Positions 28,680 through 38,841 are shown, counted from the stretch's first letter. The stretch is DNA of 64,000 nucleotides from a virus (IMGVR_UViG_3300029985_000017:32001-96000); one strand, 5' to 3'. Notes: a model not told the origin generated them from the letters alone. Program-made: numbers and translations.

Positions 28680-29735
28680 ATGAGTAAAGCACCTAAGAAA
28701 CAATACGAATCCTATGGAAATGAGCTATATTGGCTTGCTGACAATATTGCACTTATCCTAGCAGAAAATAAATTAGACAATACTTCCCAAAAAGAGCAAG
28801 TAAACGAACTTTTTTTGGCTGAAAAACTGTTTAAAAAAGAAATCCTAAGATACAAGTGGTCTAGTCAAGTATATAAGAAATTTATCCAAAAAATCAGATA
28901 TGTAGACCGTAATATTCTTTACTCAAAGATCTATTTTCGTGAATCAGCCGAAATCTTCTCTAGTGACATAACTCCTTGTTTAAAAACAGAAAATATAGAA
29001 GGCCTAAAGAAATTCAATATCAATTTTAACTTGATTCAGTTCATAAAAGAAAATTGGAGAGGTCCCCTAGGCAAAGATGCTGACTCCCTTTATCAAAGGG
29101 TAGAAAGAGCTAGACGAGTTCTGATGGAAAACAACCTTCCTTTGGCTATTAATGCTGCCAAGCTTTTCTATAGGAAAGTACCTAAAAATGGATCGGCTAC
29201 CCTAATGGATATGATTGCCGTTAGTGCCCAAGGATTGGCCAGTGCCGTAGATAAATATACGGGCGATAAGAACGGTAATTATAGCGAAGTATTTCGTAGC
29301 GTTATCCTAGGAAGAGCTACTGGTAACTTAATTAAATTGTACTCTGAAACTCCCTTGCATTTTTATCCTAGTGACCGTAGAGTTATGTATAAAGCCAACT
29401 CTATTCGTGGGCGCCAAGGAATTACCGATGTAACTGAGCTGGCTGCAGCTGTAAATGAAGCCTTTTCACAAGACAGTAAAAACGGTTTGAACGTACCCAA
29501 GAATCAAGTTACTCCTGCTGAATTACAAGAGCTTTTAAATGCCGCTAGTCTGGTTTCTGTAGAGCTAACAATGGATGAAGAATGCTATACCGCATATGAT
29601 TATACCCCGGACGATAAAGATACCCCGGAAGAAAGTATGATTCGGACAGAAATTAGTGAAAAGATTGGCGAATTGATTAGAGAATTGCCTCCTCTTTATA
29701 GGAAGATCATAAAATTAAAAGGCATTAACTTTTAA
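28680..29735 (+). CDS. phage sigma70-family RNA polymerase sigma factor
   Basis: Region 2-like LMENNLPLAINAAK...LMDMIAVSAQGLASAVDKY; region 3/4-like TPEE...ELPPLYRKIIKL, truncated before a full region 4. Confidence 0.7.
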   Translation: MSKAPKKQYESYGNELYWLADNIALILAENKLDNTSQKEQVNELFLAEKLFKKEILRYKWSSQVYKKFIQKIRYVDRNILYSKIYFRESAEIFSSDITPCLKTENIEGLKKFNINFNLIQFIKENWRGPLGKDADSLYQRVERARRVLMENNLPLAINAAKLFYRKVPKNGSATLMDMIAVSAQGLASAVDKYTGDKNGNYSEVFRSVILGRATGNLIKLYSETPLHFYPSDRRVMYKANSIRGRQGITDVTELAAAVNEAFSQDSKNGLNVPKNQVTPAELQELLNAASLVSVELTMDEECYTAYDYTPDDKDTPEESMIRTEISEKIGELIRELPPLYRKIIKLKGINF

Positions 29736-29737
29736 AC

Positions 29738-29766
29738 TTGACTTTTTTGTATAACTATAATACATT
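29738..29766 (+). promoter_or_regulatory. sigma70-type promoter
   Basis: TTGACT-17-TACATT. Confidence 0.65.
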
Positions 29767-29784
29767 ACTTAATGGAGAATAGAT

Positions 29785-30105
29785 ATGGATAGAGCCGCTT
29801 CTTTTAATGGTAAATTGATTTTGGAAGCCTATACTCAGACAGAGATTAAGGCTGAAATTCGTTCTGGATGGGCCACTACGAGTCAAAAAAATAATCTAAA
29901 AGGTTTAAAACTTTTAGTTGATTCCAAAGATTTAAATGGAAAAATCATTCCCGCTGGATCTACTGCTTTTATCAAGGAAGAACTTTTACATACTCAGCCC
30001 TGGGCGAAAGCTAAATTTAAATGTGATACTTTGACGGGCGAATTTATTGTATGTACTTTGAACGAAATAGAATTTATTAGCCCTCCCTCAGGAGAAGCTG
30101 CATGA
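29785..30105 (+). CDS. possible divergent GroES-like co-chaperonin
   Basis: 106 aa; SFNGKLILE / mobile-loop-like SGW / IPAGSTAFI / FIVCTLNEIEFI parallel the GroES strand order. Confidence 0.35.
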   Translation: MDRAASFNGKLILEAYTQTEIKAEIRSGWATTSQKNNLKGLKLLVDSKDLNGKIIPAGSTAFIKEELLHTQPWAKAKFKCDTLTGEFIVCTLNEIEFISPPSGEAA

Positions 30106-30371
30106 GTACTAAAGGAACCATCGCTCATGGCGAAGATTACCATCTATATCAAGAATGCTTTGAAAGCGGATCTTTGTATTTAGAATTAAGAATGGACGAT
30201 ATATACTTTGAAGCTTACCCAAATAGTGTTACAGTTAGGATACCAAACGAAATTCTAAAGGCTATTTTGGACAATTCGGATAAAATTAAACAATCATTTG
30301 AATATGATTCAGAATTTGTAGAAACTACAGAGCCTTGGGTTAAAAGCGGCGGTAATGATGAGAATCGGTAG
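30102..30371 (+). CDS. hypothetical protein
   Basis: 89 aa; MSTK.TI...HLYQECF; ATGA overlap. Confidence 0.6.
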   Translation: MSTKGTIAHGEDYHLYQECFESGSLYLELRMDDIYFEAYPNSVTVRIPNEILKAILDNSDKIKQSFEYDSEFVETTEPWVKSGGNDENR

Positions 30372-30552
30372 ACTTGAATTTGGCATTATTCAAGGAGGCT
30401 CAGATTGGAGCATAGATAAAGGTGCTTGTGGATGCCTAATTCTATCACTAGGGCGCTTATATTTTACATGGCTAAGCAAGGACTGCATATGTGGTGCTTG
30501 TAAACAATATAAGTGCATTTGTTTAGATGATGAAGAATCGGATTGCCTATGA
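30355..30552 (+). CDS. small Cys-rich hypothetical protein
   Basis: CGC, CICGAC and CIC motifs; coupled to next gene. Confidence 0.5.
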   Translation: MMRIGRLEFGIIQGGSDWSIDKGACGCLILSLGRLYFTWLSKDCICGACKQYKCICLDDEESDCL

Positions 30553-31520
30553 AGACACTATTTTTAGGTGATCCGCACGTAACCGTGACCAATCTCAAAG
30601 AATCTGAAAGATTGATGGAATTTGTTATACAGCAAAGATTTCAAGCTGGAAATCTTATTATTTTGGGCGATTTATTTCATAATCATGCCAATGTCCGTGT
30701 AGAAGTTCTTGAGTTTTGGAGTCGTTGGTTTGTTAGATTAAGCGATGTATTTAATAACGTATTTGTACTAGTAGGCAACCATGATATGGTTGGAGATTTT
30801 AACTCAAAATCTCATTCCTTAAGTGTATTCACTGATCTATACGATAATTTTTATATTATTGACTCTCCAACAACCTTAAATGGCTTCGGTTATATGCCCT
30901 ATATACATGATAAAACCGATTTTGTTAGACAAGCCAATGAGCTATGCTCGAAAGGCGCTAAAGTTATCGTTTGTCACGGTGAGTTTGCAGGCGTTAAATA
31001 TGAAAGTGGATTACAGGTTTTAAATGGTACTCAGGCCAGTGGTATTAATGCATCATTGATTATTTCTGGGCACTATCACTCCAGGCAACGTTTTGACAAC
31101 GTTATTTATCCTGGTACTGCCCGTTGGCTTACTGCTGCTGATAAAAATGAGCCCAAGGGTCTTTGGCTTGCCGATTTCGACAATTCATGTAATCTTGTTT
31201 CAGAAGAATTTCTAGACACTTCTAAAGTCTGCACACCTATTTATGCCTATGAATTTAAAGAAGGAGACAACTGTCCGGAGATTCCGGAAGGTTCAAGAGC
31301 TTCAGTTGAACTTATTGGCCCCTCAGAATGGGTTTTAAAGCAAAAAGCTAAGTTTAAAGGAATTGCGTCTATTTCGGCCAAGATTACAGACCGTCAGAAG
31401 GCTTCGAATCGTAAATCTGGTAATAGCCTAGAACATTTTGTTAACAATGTGTTTGAAACCAATAAAAGCATTAAAAAAGAGCGCATGGTTGAATTTATGA
31501 AAGAATTGGGGGTTTTGTAA
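30549..31520 (+). CDS. sbcD: SbcD/Mre11-like nuclease
   Basis: GDPH, LGDLFH, GNHD, CH, SGHYH and YPGT motifs; SbcC partner nearby. Confidence 0.85.
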   Translation: MKTLFLGDPHVTVTNLKESERLMEFVIQQRFQAGNLIILGDLFHNHANVRVEVLEFWSRWFVRLSDVFNNVFVLVGNHDMVGDFNSKSHSLSVFTDLYDNFYIIDSPTTLNGFGYMPYIHDKTDFVRQANELCSKGAKVIVCHGEFAGVKYESGLQVLNGTQASGINASLIISGHYHSRQRFDNVIYPGTARWLTAADKNEPKGLWLADFDNSCNLVSEEFLDTSKVCTPIYAYEFKEGDNCPEIPEGSRASVELIGPSEWVLKQKAKFKGIASISAKITDRQKASNRKSGNSLEHFVNNVFETNKSIKKERMVEFMKELGVL

Positions 31521-31873
31521 TGACCGCACCTACAAACGAAATTTTAAGGGATATGGCACGTTTAACAGCTTTGTCTGGTCGTATTTCTGAAGTTCAGATC
31601 AAGAATCTACAGATGTTTCCGCTAGTTTTCTTCAATTCCGTGGAACAGGTTAAGGTTGAGTACGATCTTATTCCTATTAAAGCCATGGATGATTCCCCCA
31701 CATTTAGCAACTCGTTGGTTTCTTATTACCTTACTTTGAGTGAATCCGATAATACCGATCTAGATAAACGATTCTCAGCCTTAGAAGCGTCCGTTAGGCA
31801 ACTTTTTTGGTCAGATGTGAAGGTTGAGGTATACTTTAACGATCAAATTAAATATAAGAGTAAAAAACAATGA
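31520..31873 (+). CDS. hypothetical protein
   Basis: 117 aa, TAATG coupling. Confidence 0.6.
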   Translation: MTAPTNEILRDMARLTALSGRISEVQIKNLQMFPLVFFNSVEQVKVEYDLIPIKAMDDSPTFSNSLVSYYLTLSESDNTDLDKRFSALEASVRQLFWSDVKVEVYFNDQIKYKSKKQ

Positions 31874-32589
31874 GTACCCGAACACTTCTTACAGATGGAA
31901 CCGAATCTGATATTACCCCAAAAGAACTTCAATCTATTGAAAAGTTCAAAGAAGAAGGCATGCCTGGGCTTCATGCCGTAGTTACGAATCCTGTTACTAT
32001 CACAAAAGCTTTAGATTTATATTTATCGGGAAAAACTTACCACGAAGTAGGTCAAATTCTTACCGTAAAAAAAGATATTGTTCTTTATTTAGCTCAAAAG
32101 TTTGATTGGTACGATACCAAAATGCAACACCTAGAAATTTTAGATGCTAATTTAAAAGAACGCATTTTACATGCTAAACTTGTTAACCAGGATTTTGCAT
32201 TACAGCTCCAACAATTCTTTCTCCAAAAGATTGGTAGAAAAATGAAACGTTTTATGGCTACTGGAGATGACGCCGAAGCAGCCAAGGTTAATGGCGCCGA
32301 TATCGATAGGTACATAAAGGCAGTAGAATTATTGGATAAATTGACCACAGAAAAGAATAATACTAATGGGCGAGGACCAGCCGTAGGTCTAAATTTGGGC
32401 GATGGCGGTGTAGATATTAAGCGTGTAAATGAGAATGAAATTACTATCACTCCACGCAATAAAACTGTTGCTCAAATGCTAAATGAACTAGCTAATGAAA
32501 AACGTAGAGAAGAAAATGAGACAAAAGATCCCTCTTATGATATAAGTAAGAATACGGACGAAAACAAACCTGAAAGGAACGAAGAATGA
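31870..32589 (+). CDS. HTH protein, possible terminase small subunit
   Basis: KALDLYLSGKTYHEVGQIL...KFDW HTH followed by helical region. Confidence 0.4.
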   Translation: MSTRTLLTDGTESDITPKELQSIEKFKEEGMPGLHAVVTNPVTITKALDLYLSGKTYHEVGQILTVKKDIVLYLAQKFDWYDTKMQHLEILDANLKERILHAKLVNQDFALQLQQFFLQKIGRKMKRFMATGDDAEAAKVNGADIDRYIKAVELLDKLTTEKNNTNGRGPAVGLNLGDGGVDIKRVNENEITITPRNKTVAQMLNELANEKRREENETKDPSYDISKNTDENKPERNEE

Positions 32590-33431
32590 ATATTTTTAAG
32601 AAAACCGTAGTTGGATTGATGGCTTTTGCCGCTGTTGTGGCTTATCCCCTTGTATCCACTGGAAAGACCGATAGTAAAGCTGATAAAATTACACTCAATA
32701 AGAATAATACCGTTATTCTTAATGGAGAAATTGATGATGCCTCTGCAGCGACCACAATCAAGTCGTTGATGGAGCTTGATAGTGGCACTTTTGGAAAAAA
32801 GAAGCCCATTTATTTGTTTGTGTATAGCCCAGGCGGCAGTATTCAAGCTGGCCTAGAGCTTATTGAGGCTGCAAAAGGACTAGATCGTCAAGTTGATACC
32901 ATTACAATGTTTGCCGCTTCAATGGCATTTCAAACCGTCCAAAACCTAGGGGAGAGGCTCATTCTTAAAAATGGTGTACTCATGTCTCATAGGGCTGCTG
33001 GTGGTTTTGAAGGCAATTTTGGTGGTCAATTTCCTAGCCAAATCGATAGTCGTTATAGCTTTTGGCTCCATAGGCTTCAAGAATTGGACGAAAAGACTGT
33101 TGAACGCACCAACGGAAAACAGACCCTACAGACTTATCAAGATGCTTATAAAAACGAAGCTTGGTGGACCGGTTCTCAATCCCTTCAGTTTGGGTATGCA
33201 GATAGAATCGTAACACTTAAATGCGATGATTCTTTGTCTGGAACCGACGTACACCATGTAAGCTTTATGGGTATTCCAGTTCAGTACGAAACGTCTAAAT
33301 GTCCTTTGATTACGGCTCCAATGAATGTGAAGATCGAAGAACAAGCCAAAAAAATGGTTACCGATGAAAATGCTGAGCAGATCAAGAAAAAGTTTCTTGA
33401 GAGTCGTGATCTAGAAAAGAACGTTCGTTAA
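32586..33431 (+). CDS. clpP: ClpP-family protease with N-terminal signal/anchor
   Basis: LNGEI, YSPGGS, AASMA (Ser), MSH (His); MNIFKKTVVGLMAFAAVVA leader. Confidence 0.8.
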   Translation: MNIFKKTVVGLMAFAAVVAYPLVSTGKTDSKADKITLNKNNTVILNGEIDDASAATTIKSLMELDSGTFGKKKPIYLFVYSPGGSIQAGLELIEAAKGLDRQVDTITMFAASMAFQTVQNLGERLILKNGVLMSHRAAGGFEGNFGGQFPSQIDSRYSFWLHRLQELDEKTVERTNGKQTLQTYQDAYKNEAWWTGSQSLQFGYADRIVTLKCDDSLSGTDVHHVSFMGIPVQYETSKCPLITAPMNVKIEEQAKKMVTDENAEQIKKKFLESRDLEKNVR

Positions 33432-33679
33432 TGCCTCTGATCTATTATCTCTGTACTTGTAAAAAATCTACTTCTAAATTTTACCGGATGGCCAAGGATG
33501 CGCCGTCCGGGTTTTCTTGCGAATGTGGTTCTGAATTTAAGAGACAGCTTTCTAGCCCTTCCAATGCATCAAAAATTGTAATAGACAATGGGTTTCAAGC
33601 TAAAGCAGTTGAAGTTGACCTTAATATAATCAATTCAAATTTAGAAAACTCCACGAAGGATTTTAGAGAAGAAGATTAA
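33431..33679 (+). CDS. FmdB-like zinc ribbon protein
   Basis: MPLIYYLCTC...CECGS..KRQLS. Confidence 0.7.
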   Translation: MPLIYYLCTCKKSTSKFYRMAKDAPSGFSCECGSEFKRQLSSPSNASKIVIDNGFQAKAVEVDLNIINSNLENSTKDFREED

Positions 33680-33681
33680 CT

Positions 33682-33735
33682 ATGACTTTATTTTTTATAG
33701 TTTTTATTATCGTGGTTTTGTATCTTCTTGATTAA
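33682..33735 (+). CDS. possible 17-aa membrane peptide
   Basis: MTLFFIVFIIVVLYLLD fills the gap exactly; not in the supplied ORF track. Confidence 0.35.
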   Translation: MTLFFIVFIIVVLYLLD

Positions 33736-33739
33736 TTTC

Positions 33740-33768
33740 TTGACTTTTTGATTTTTCTAGCTTATTCT
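33740..33768 (+). promoter_or_regulatory. sigma70-type promoter (leaderless sbcC)
   Basis: TTGACT-17-TATTCT, 7 nt before ATG 33776. Confidence 0.65.
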
Positions 33769-33775
33769 ATATTTA

Positions 33776-35956
33776 ATGCTCAAATTAAAAACCTTAAAAT
33801 TTAAGAATATCGGCAGATTTGTTGAAGAACAAACGATTGATTTAGCCAACTTAGGGTCATTGATTCAAGTAGATGCCCAAAATAATCTTACTGGCGGCTC
33901 TAGCGGTTCTGGAAAATCCACTGTTTTCAATGCTTTAGATTGGCTATTAGGATTATCCGACCTTAGTACTGGAGTTCTTCAATCCAGACTTACCAAAGAA
34001 ACCATCTCTGTAACTGGCGAATTTGATTGGGATGGCCACTCTGTTACCATCCATAGGGCAAAAAAGCTATCTGTTACAGTAGACGGCATAGAAACGGTAG
34101 GTTCATCCAAACTAGCCGAAGAAGAATTGGATAAGATCCTAGGACTCCCAAGGCATCTATTTTCTGTTTTACTCCATCGCAGACAGGGTGAAACTGGATT
34201 TTTTCTTAAGATGACCCCCTCTAAAATGAATGAATTTCTGACAGATTGCCTTGGATTATCCACAGTTAACTCTAAAATTGACTTAATTGATGCTAAGATA
34301 AAGATTTATACCATAGATAGGGCTAAGGCTGAATCTGACCTCCAAAGCGCTCAGGCTGCCTTAGAAGCAACCAAATCGGCTATAGCATCCTTGGGAGAGG
34401 AACCTAAGACGGACGTCACTGAGACGAATCTAACGCTTCTTAAAATGGCCTTTGAAGGCGCTGAAAGCGAACTCTATCGCGAAAAAACCGCCCGTACTTT
34501 AGAAAAGGGTCTCTTAGAGCAAAAAAAACCCATTCTAACCGCCATCTCCTTTGATTTTACTCAACTTAATTCTTTAAACGATAGTGTGTCAGAAGTAAAA
34601 GCACAAATAAATGCCGAGTTGGATAAAGAACGGGCAAGACAAACGGAAGTTCGCAATTTAGCAGCGGCCCTTAAACTAGAGGTCAATAACAAAATTTCCA
34701 CCTTGAGACTAGAGCATCAGAAGAAAATTGCTGAAGCCAAGACTTCTATATTCAATTTAAGCGGTATGGTTTCAACTGGTAGGACTGCCAAAGAAAAAGC
34801 CATCCAGCTAGCATCAAGAATCAAAACTTTGAGGGATGGAAGCTGCCACGTCTGCTTGCAGTCTTGGAAAACCGATGAAAATAAGACCGAAGAAGAAAAG
34901 CTTCTCAAAGAACTTGCTGAATGCAAGATAGATATGGACGCATCGGTTTTTGCTGCAAACGAACTAGAAGAAATGAAAGCTGCCCTTATAACACTAAACG
35001 ATCAAGTAAATGCTGAAATAGCTGCATTGAATGACCAACTAGCCTCAGAAACTGCGATTTTAACGGAACAAGCAAAACCACAAGTATATCCAGTACTAAT
35101 AGAGCTTAACACTAAACTTAGAGAAGTTACCAAGCTAAGGTTGGAAGAAAAAGAAAAAGAAGACCTTCACAATAAAGAACAAAATTTAAAGAATCAGGCC
35201 TTGATGCAAGTTTTTTACGAAGAGCAGAAGGCTTTAAATGAAAAACACCAAACTGAGCTTGCCGGTATGGTTAAATATATAGCTGAGGCTAAGGCTAAAT
35301 ATGAACAAGCGGAACAAGCCCTTAAGGCCCACAAAGAGTCCTTGGCACGTTATAGTTCTACTCTAGGGTCTTTGAAAGCTAAAGAAACTGATATCAACCA
35401 AAAAGTAGTCCATATGAACCAAAAGTTGGCTACGATAACTGAAGACTTAGAGTTAGCCGAAGAAGCCAAAAAGTGCCTAAAGTCTTACCTTTCTTGTTCT
35501 TTTGATGGCTCATTGATTTCTATCTCTGAAAGCGCAACTAGGATACTCAGATCGGTTCCTACCATGGCAAATGCGACGATTAGGCTTGAAGGGACTAAGG
35601 AAACAGCAAAGGGCGCTATTAAAGATGAAGTTACTGCTTGTTTGGATAATGATGGAGAATTAGACATTCCTATTAAGAGTCTTTCTGGTGGGGAACGTTC
35701 CGCTGTAGACTTGGCCATAGACTTAGCAGTAATTGAATTAATTGAAGACAGAACTAATAAAGGTATAGATTTATTGTTATTAGATGAGATTTTTAATGGT
35801 TTTGACAGTTTGGGCATAGAACATGCATTAGAAATGCTAAAGACTTTCGGTGCCAACAAAAAACTATTGCTCGTAGAACACGATGGTATCGCTAAGGAAT
35901 ACATTCAAGACAGGATCACCGTTATTCGCGATGGCGAAACAAGTTATTTAAAATAA
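33776..35956 (+). CDS. sbcC: SbcC/Rad50-like ATPase
   Basis: GSGKST, coiled coils, CHVC zinc hook, LSGGE, LLLDE, VEH. Confidence 0.9.
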   Translation: MLKLKTLKFKNIGRFVEEQTIDLANLGSLIQVDAQNNLTGGSSGSGKSTVFNALDWLLGLSDLSTGVLQSRLTKETISVTGEFDWDGHSVTIHRAKKLSVTVDGIETVGSSKLAEEELDKILGLPRHLFSVLLHRRQGETGFFLKMTPSKMNEFLTDCLGLSTVNSKIDLIDAKIKIYTIDRAKAESDLQSAQAALEATKSAIASLGEEPKTDVTETNLTLLKMAFEGAESELYREKTARTLEKGLLEQKKPILTAISFDFTQLNSLNDSVSEVKAQINAELDKERARQTEVRNLAAALKLEVNNKISTLRLEHQKKIAEAKTSIFNLSGMVSTGRTAKEKAIQLASRIKTLRDGSCHVCLQSWKTDENKTEEEKLLKELAECKIDMDASVFAANELEEMKAALITLNDQVNAEIAALNDQLASETAILTEQAKPQVYPVLIELNTKLREVTKLRLEEKEKEDLHNKEQNLKNQALMQVFYEEQKALNEKHQTELAGMVKYIAEAKAKYEQAEQALKAHKESLARYSSTLGSLKAKETDINQKVVHMNQKLATITEDLELAEEAKKCLKSYLSCSFDGSLISISESATRILRSVPTMANATIRLEGTKETAKGAIKDEVTACLDNDGELDIPIKSLSGGERSAVDLAIDLAVIELIEDRTNKGIDLLLLDEIFNGFDSLGIEHALEMLKTFGANKKLLLVEHDGIAKEYIQDRITVIRDGETSYLK

Positions 35957-35959
35957 ACC

Positions 35960-35988
35960 TTGACTTTTGAGTAAGTATAGTTTAGTGT
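35960..35988 (+). promoter_or_regulatory. sigma70-type promoter
   Basis: TTGACT-17-TAGTGT. Confidence 0.55.
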
Positions 35989-36005
35989 ATTAAACAGAGG
36001 CCATA

Positions 36006-36278
36006 ATGACAACCTACTTGTTGGACAAAAAAGATCTTTATATGATTGTCTGTAATGCTAAGAAAAATATGTTAGATTTTAATTTGCCTATTTATGTTAC
36101 TCAAAATCAAGTAGAACAAGGAGAAATACCTTCGTTAGCTATGCTAGAATCTGTATTAATGACTTTAAATTCTAAAGGTTTGTTAAATCGTATAGTTAAA
36201 GTTGACTATACGGATCCGGCCTGTGAGCATGATCCTGAATCGCCTCTTGAAGATGAAGAACCTGTAAAGAAAAAATAA
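36006..36278 (+). CDS. hypothetical protein
   Basis: 90 aa, GAGG SD. Confidence 0.6.
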   Translation: MTTYLLDKKDLYMIVCNAKKNMLDFNLPIYVTQNQVEQGEIPSLAMLESVLMTLNSKGLLNRIVKVDYTDPACEHDPESPLEDEEPVKKK

Positions 36279-36288
36279 GGAGAATATA

Positions 36289-36591
36289 ATGGGAAGACCT
36301 AAGAAAGAACCACTCTCAGAACTAGAAAAGCTCGCTAAGAAGATTGGCCCCGATTTTAAGGAAGTTCTAGCTGAACTAGAAGCCGCTGATGCAGAAGGAC
36401 TCAACAAACGTATTGCTCAAGCAGCTCAAGCTATTAGCGATACGTCTGCAGAGCTTAAAGCCAATCCAGAATATGAGCAAATTGTAAATGATAAGAAACT
36501 CCTTGAATCAGGACTTAGGGAAGTTAAACAACGACAAAATGCTATTATTAAGGTATGTTTGAGCTTGCGAAAGGATCGCGGGGAAGCTTAA
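36289..36591 (+). CDS. hypothetical coiled-coil protein
   Basis: 100 aa, AAGGAG SD. Confidence 0.65.
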   Translation: MGRPKKEPLSELEKLAKKIGPDFKEVLAELEAADAEGLNKRIAQAAQAISDTSAELKANPEYEQIVNDKKLLESGLREVKQRQNAIIKVCLSLRKDRGEA

Positions 36592-37235
36592 TGGTTTTGG
36601 AACGAGTTCTATCACTTGATCTCAGCACTAAAACAGGATACTGTTTGGGCTTATGCTCCGATAAATCCCTAGTTTTGGAAGCTTATGGTCAAGTAGATAA
36701 AATTCCATGTCCAGAAGAAGAGCCCTATCCAGGGTCGTATGTTACTTGGGCCTATAAGTGTTATGCGGAAGTAGAGAAACTAATAGAACAATTTCAGCCA
36801 GATGCTTTAGTGGTAGAGGAAGTTACCAAATCTAAGAATGCGTTTAGTCAAAAAATATTGGATTACCTACATTTCCTAGTGGCTAAGTTTATTCAGGAAA
36901 CTGGTATTAAAAACATTTATTTACAGACCGGTGATTGGAGAAAAGAAATCGGTTCATACATGAATGATTCTGAAAGAAAGAAGAATAAGGAAGTTAAAGA
37001 TTATAAAAAGGCTTATGAGAAGAAACACGGCAAAAAGACTACCGTGGCATATGATATAACTACGGGTAAGCGTATCGGCATGATTGGTAAAAAACACGTT
37101 ACTATTAGACTTATTAATGATAATTTTAAGGATCAATTAAAAGCCCCATTAAAGCGTAAAGATGAAGATACCGCTGACGGCATTTCACTTGTATGGGCTT
37201 ACGATCTAAGACGCAAGAGAGGAATTTATGGCTAA
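36591..37235 (+). CDS. ruvC: RuvC-like Holliday junction resolvase
   Basis: VLSLDLSTKTGY, LVVEE, DEDTADGI. Confidence 0.8.
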   Translation: MVLERVLSLDLSTKTGYCLGLCSDKSLVLEAYGQVDKIPCPEEEPYPGSYVTWAYKCYAEVEKLIEQFQPDALVVEEVTKSKNAFSQKILDYLHFLVAKFIQETGIKNIYLQTGDWRKEIGSYMNDSERKKNKEVKDYKKAYEKKHGKKTTVAYDITTGKRIGMIGKKHVTIRLINDNFKDQLKAPLKRKDEDTADGISLVWAYDLRRKRGIYG

Positions 37236-38178
37236 AAATATTTGGGATGACGAAGAACCTTTTATGGATGGTGCTCCAGCCTTTGAAAATGGTCAATGGA
37301 AAGAGCCAGATACTTACACTCCAGCACCTGACAATATGATTAATGCTGAAAAGATTAAAGAAGCTAGAGCTTTGGCTGCACAACAACCAATCGAAGAAGA
37401 TTACGATCTAGACGAACTTACAGAACAAGTTTCTCAAGACGATGACGATGATGATTTTACTGAAGTTTTGTCAGATGCTCGCCTTAGGTTGGAACAAGGT
37501 AAACTATACGAAATGGTAATGAATCACGGCCTATTTGATGGAGTAGAAGCTGATCCTAGGGCTGCTAAAAGTGTTCAAAAGCAAATTCGTAAGTTTGCCA
37601 AAGAACAAATGGAGATCATGCTTGGTATGCGTCAAGAACAAACTCTTGCAAATAATGCAATAGTTTCATCTCCCTTTAATGACCTAGAAGTTACAATTCT
37701 TAAAAAATTGGCTTCTGCTGCAAGTAAAGGTGCTACTGAATCTGAAGAAGCTCAAGTACAGACTCCAACACCAGTACAAGCTCAACCCCAAAAGAAAAAG
37801 ACTCTAAATTCTATTGGTAATAAGCCCCAAGCAAAGCCTCAACCAAAATCAATTCAAAAGAGGGTTGAACCTATTCAACGTACAGCAAAACCTAAGTTGG
37901 ATCTACCACCAGAATTTGAGCCAGATTATGAACCTTTGTCAAAACCAGTTCATAAAATGACTGCGGCAGAATTGGCAGAAAGAGATCGTCAAGCTGCAGA
38001 AAGACAAAAGGCGCGTACTTCAGCTATGCCAGCCAATAGAGCACCATATCCTGACTATGCAACTCGTGAAATGTTGGCTATGAGCCAAGCTAATCGCGCC
38101 ACTGGTGGAGCGGGTATGTCCGCTTTTAATGGTAAGCTATCACAATTGATTATTAATAATCAAATTAAAAAGAGTTAA
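37228..38178 (+). CDS. hypothetical protein
   Basis: 316 aa, acidic N-terminus and low-complexity C-terminus; GAGG SD. Confidence 0.65.
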   Translation: MAKNIWDDEEPFMDGAPAFENGQWKEPDTYTPAPDNMINAEKIKEARALAAQQPIEEDYDLDELTEQVSQDDDDDDFTEVLSDARLRLEQGKLYEMVMNHGLFDGVEADPRAAKSVQKQIRKFAKEQMEIMLGMRQEQTLANNAIVSSPFNDLEVTILKKLASAASKGATESEEAQVQTPTPVQAQPQKKKTLNSIGNKPQAKPQPKSIQKRVEPIQRTAKPKLDLPPEFEPDYEPLSKPVHKMTAAELAERDRQAAERQKARTSAMPANRAPYPDYATREMLAMSQANRATGGAGMSAFNGKLSQLIINNQIKKS

Positions 38179-38226
38179 TAAAAGTTCTCATAACGAGAAG
38201 TAACTGAAACCAAAAGGAGAAATAGA

Positions 38227-38841
38227 ATGTCTGAAACGAATACTGGAAATAAGAAGAGTGCAACTGAACGATTGGAAGATCTAGAAAACCTAACCCAACG
38301 AGTAATCCAAGCTATCCAACCTTTGGAATCATCTCTTAGGGACATCGCAGGTCTTAGGGAAGCTCTCAAGCTTCTCAACAATAAGCTTGATGCTGTAGTT
38401 AAGTCTGTTAATGCTGGCGGACCTATCACTGACGACGGCATCTCGAAGTACATGGTCGAAAATAATGTCAAGGAATTAACTTCAAGGGTAGAAGGTATGG
38501 TTTCTCAGGGCATGCTTGTTGCCACCGATACGGTTAGCAAGGAATCGTTTGTTGTTGTAAACGAAGCCGATGCTTCTGGAACGATTGTCAATCCAAGGAT
38601 GCAATTTTTGCTTTCTGCTTTGGATAACGAAGAAGTTCGTACAAAGCTTGAAGGTGCTAAGACTGGAGACAATATCTTTATTGGGGATAAGGGCGCTTCT
38701 ATTAATATTCTAGAAGCATATACCTTGGCTACTCCTCAAGCTCCTGCTGCTGAACCTTCGGCACCAGAAGCTTCAACAGACGCTTCAGCTCCCGCATCTA
38801 CAGATGCATCAACTGCTGGCTCAACGGAAGCTACTGCTTAA
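38227..38841 (+). CDS. hypothetical protein
   Basis: 204 aa, AAGGAG SD, Ala/Ser/Thr tail. Confidence 0.65.
   Translation: MSETNTGNKKSATERLEDLENLTQRVIQAIQPLESSLRDIAGLREALKLLNNKLDAVVKSVNAGGPITDDGISKYMVENNVKELTSRVEGMVSQGMLVATDTVSKESFVVVNEADASGTIVNPRMQFLLSALDNEEVRTKLEGAKTGDNIFIGDKGASINILEAYTLATPQAPAAEPSAPEASTDASAPASTDASTAGSTEATA

Noticed and set aside
29603-29629. Short direct repeat ATACCCCGGA x2
   Set aside because: 10-nt coding coincidence (YTPD/DTPE) with no wider pattern
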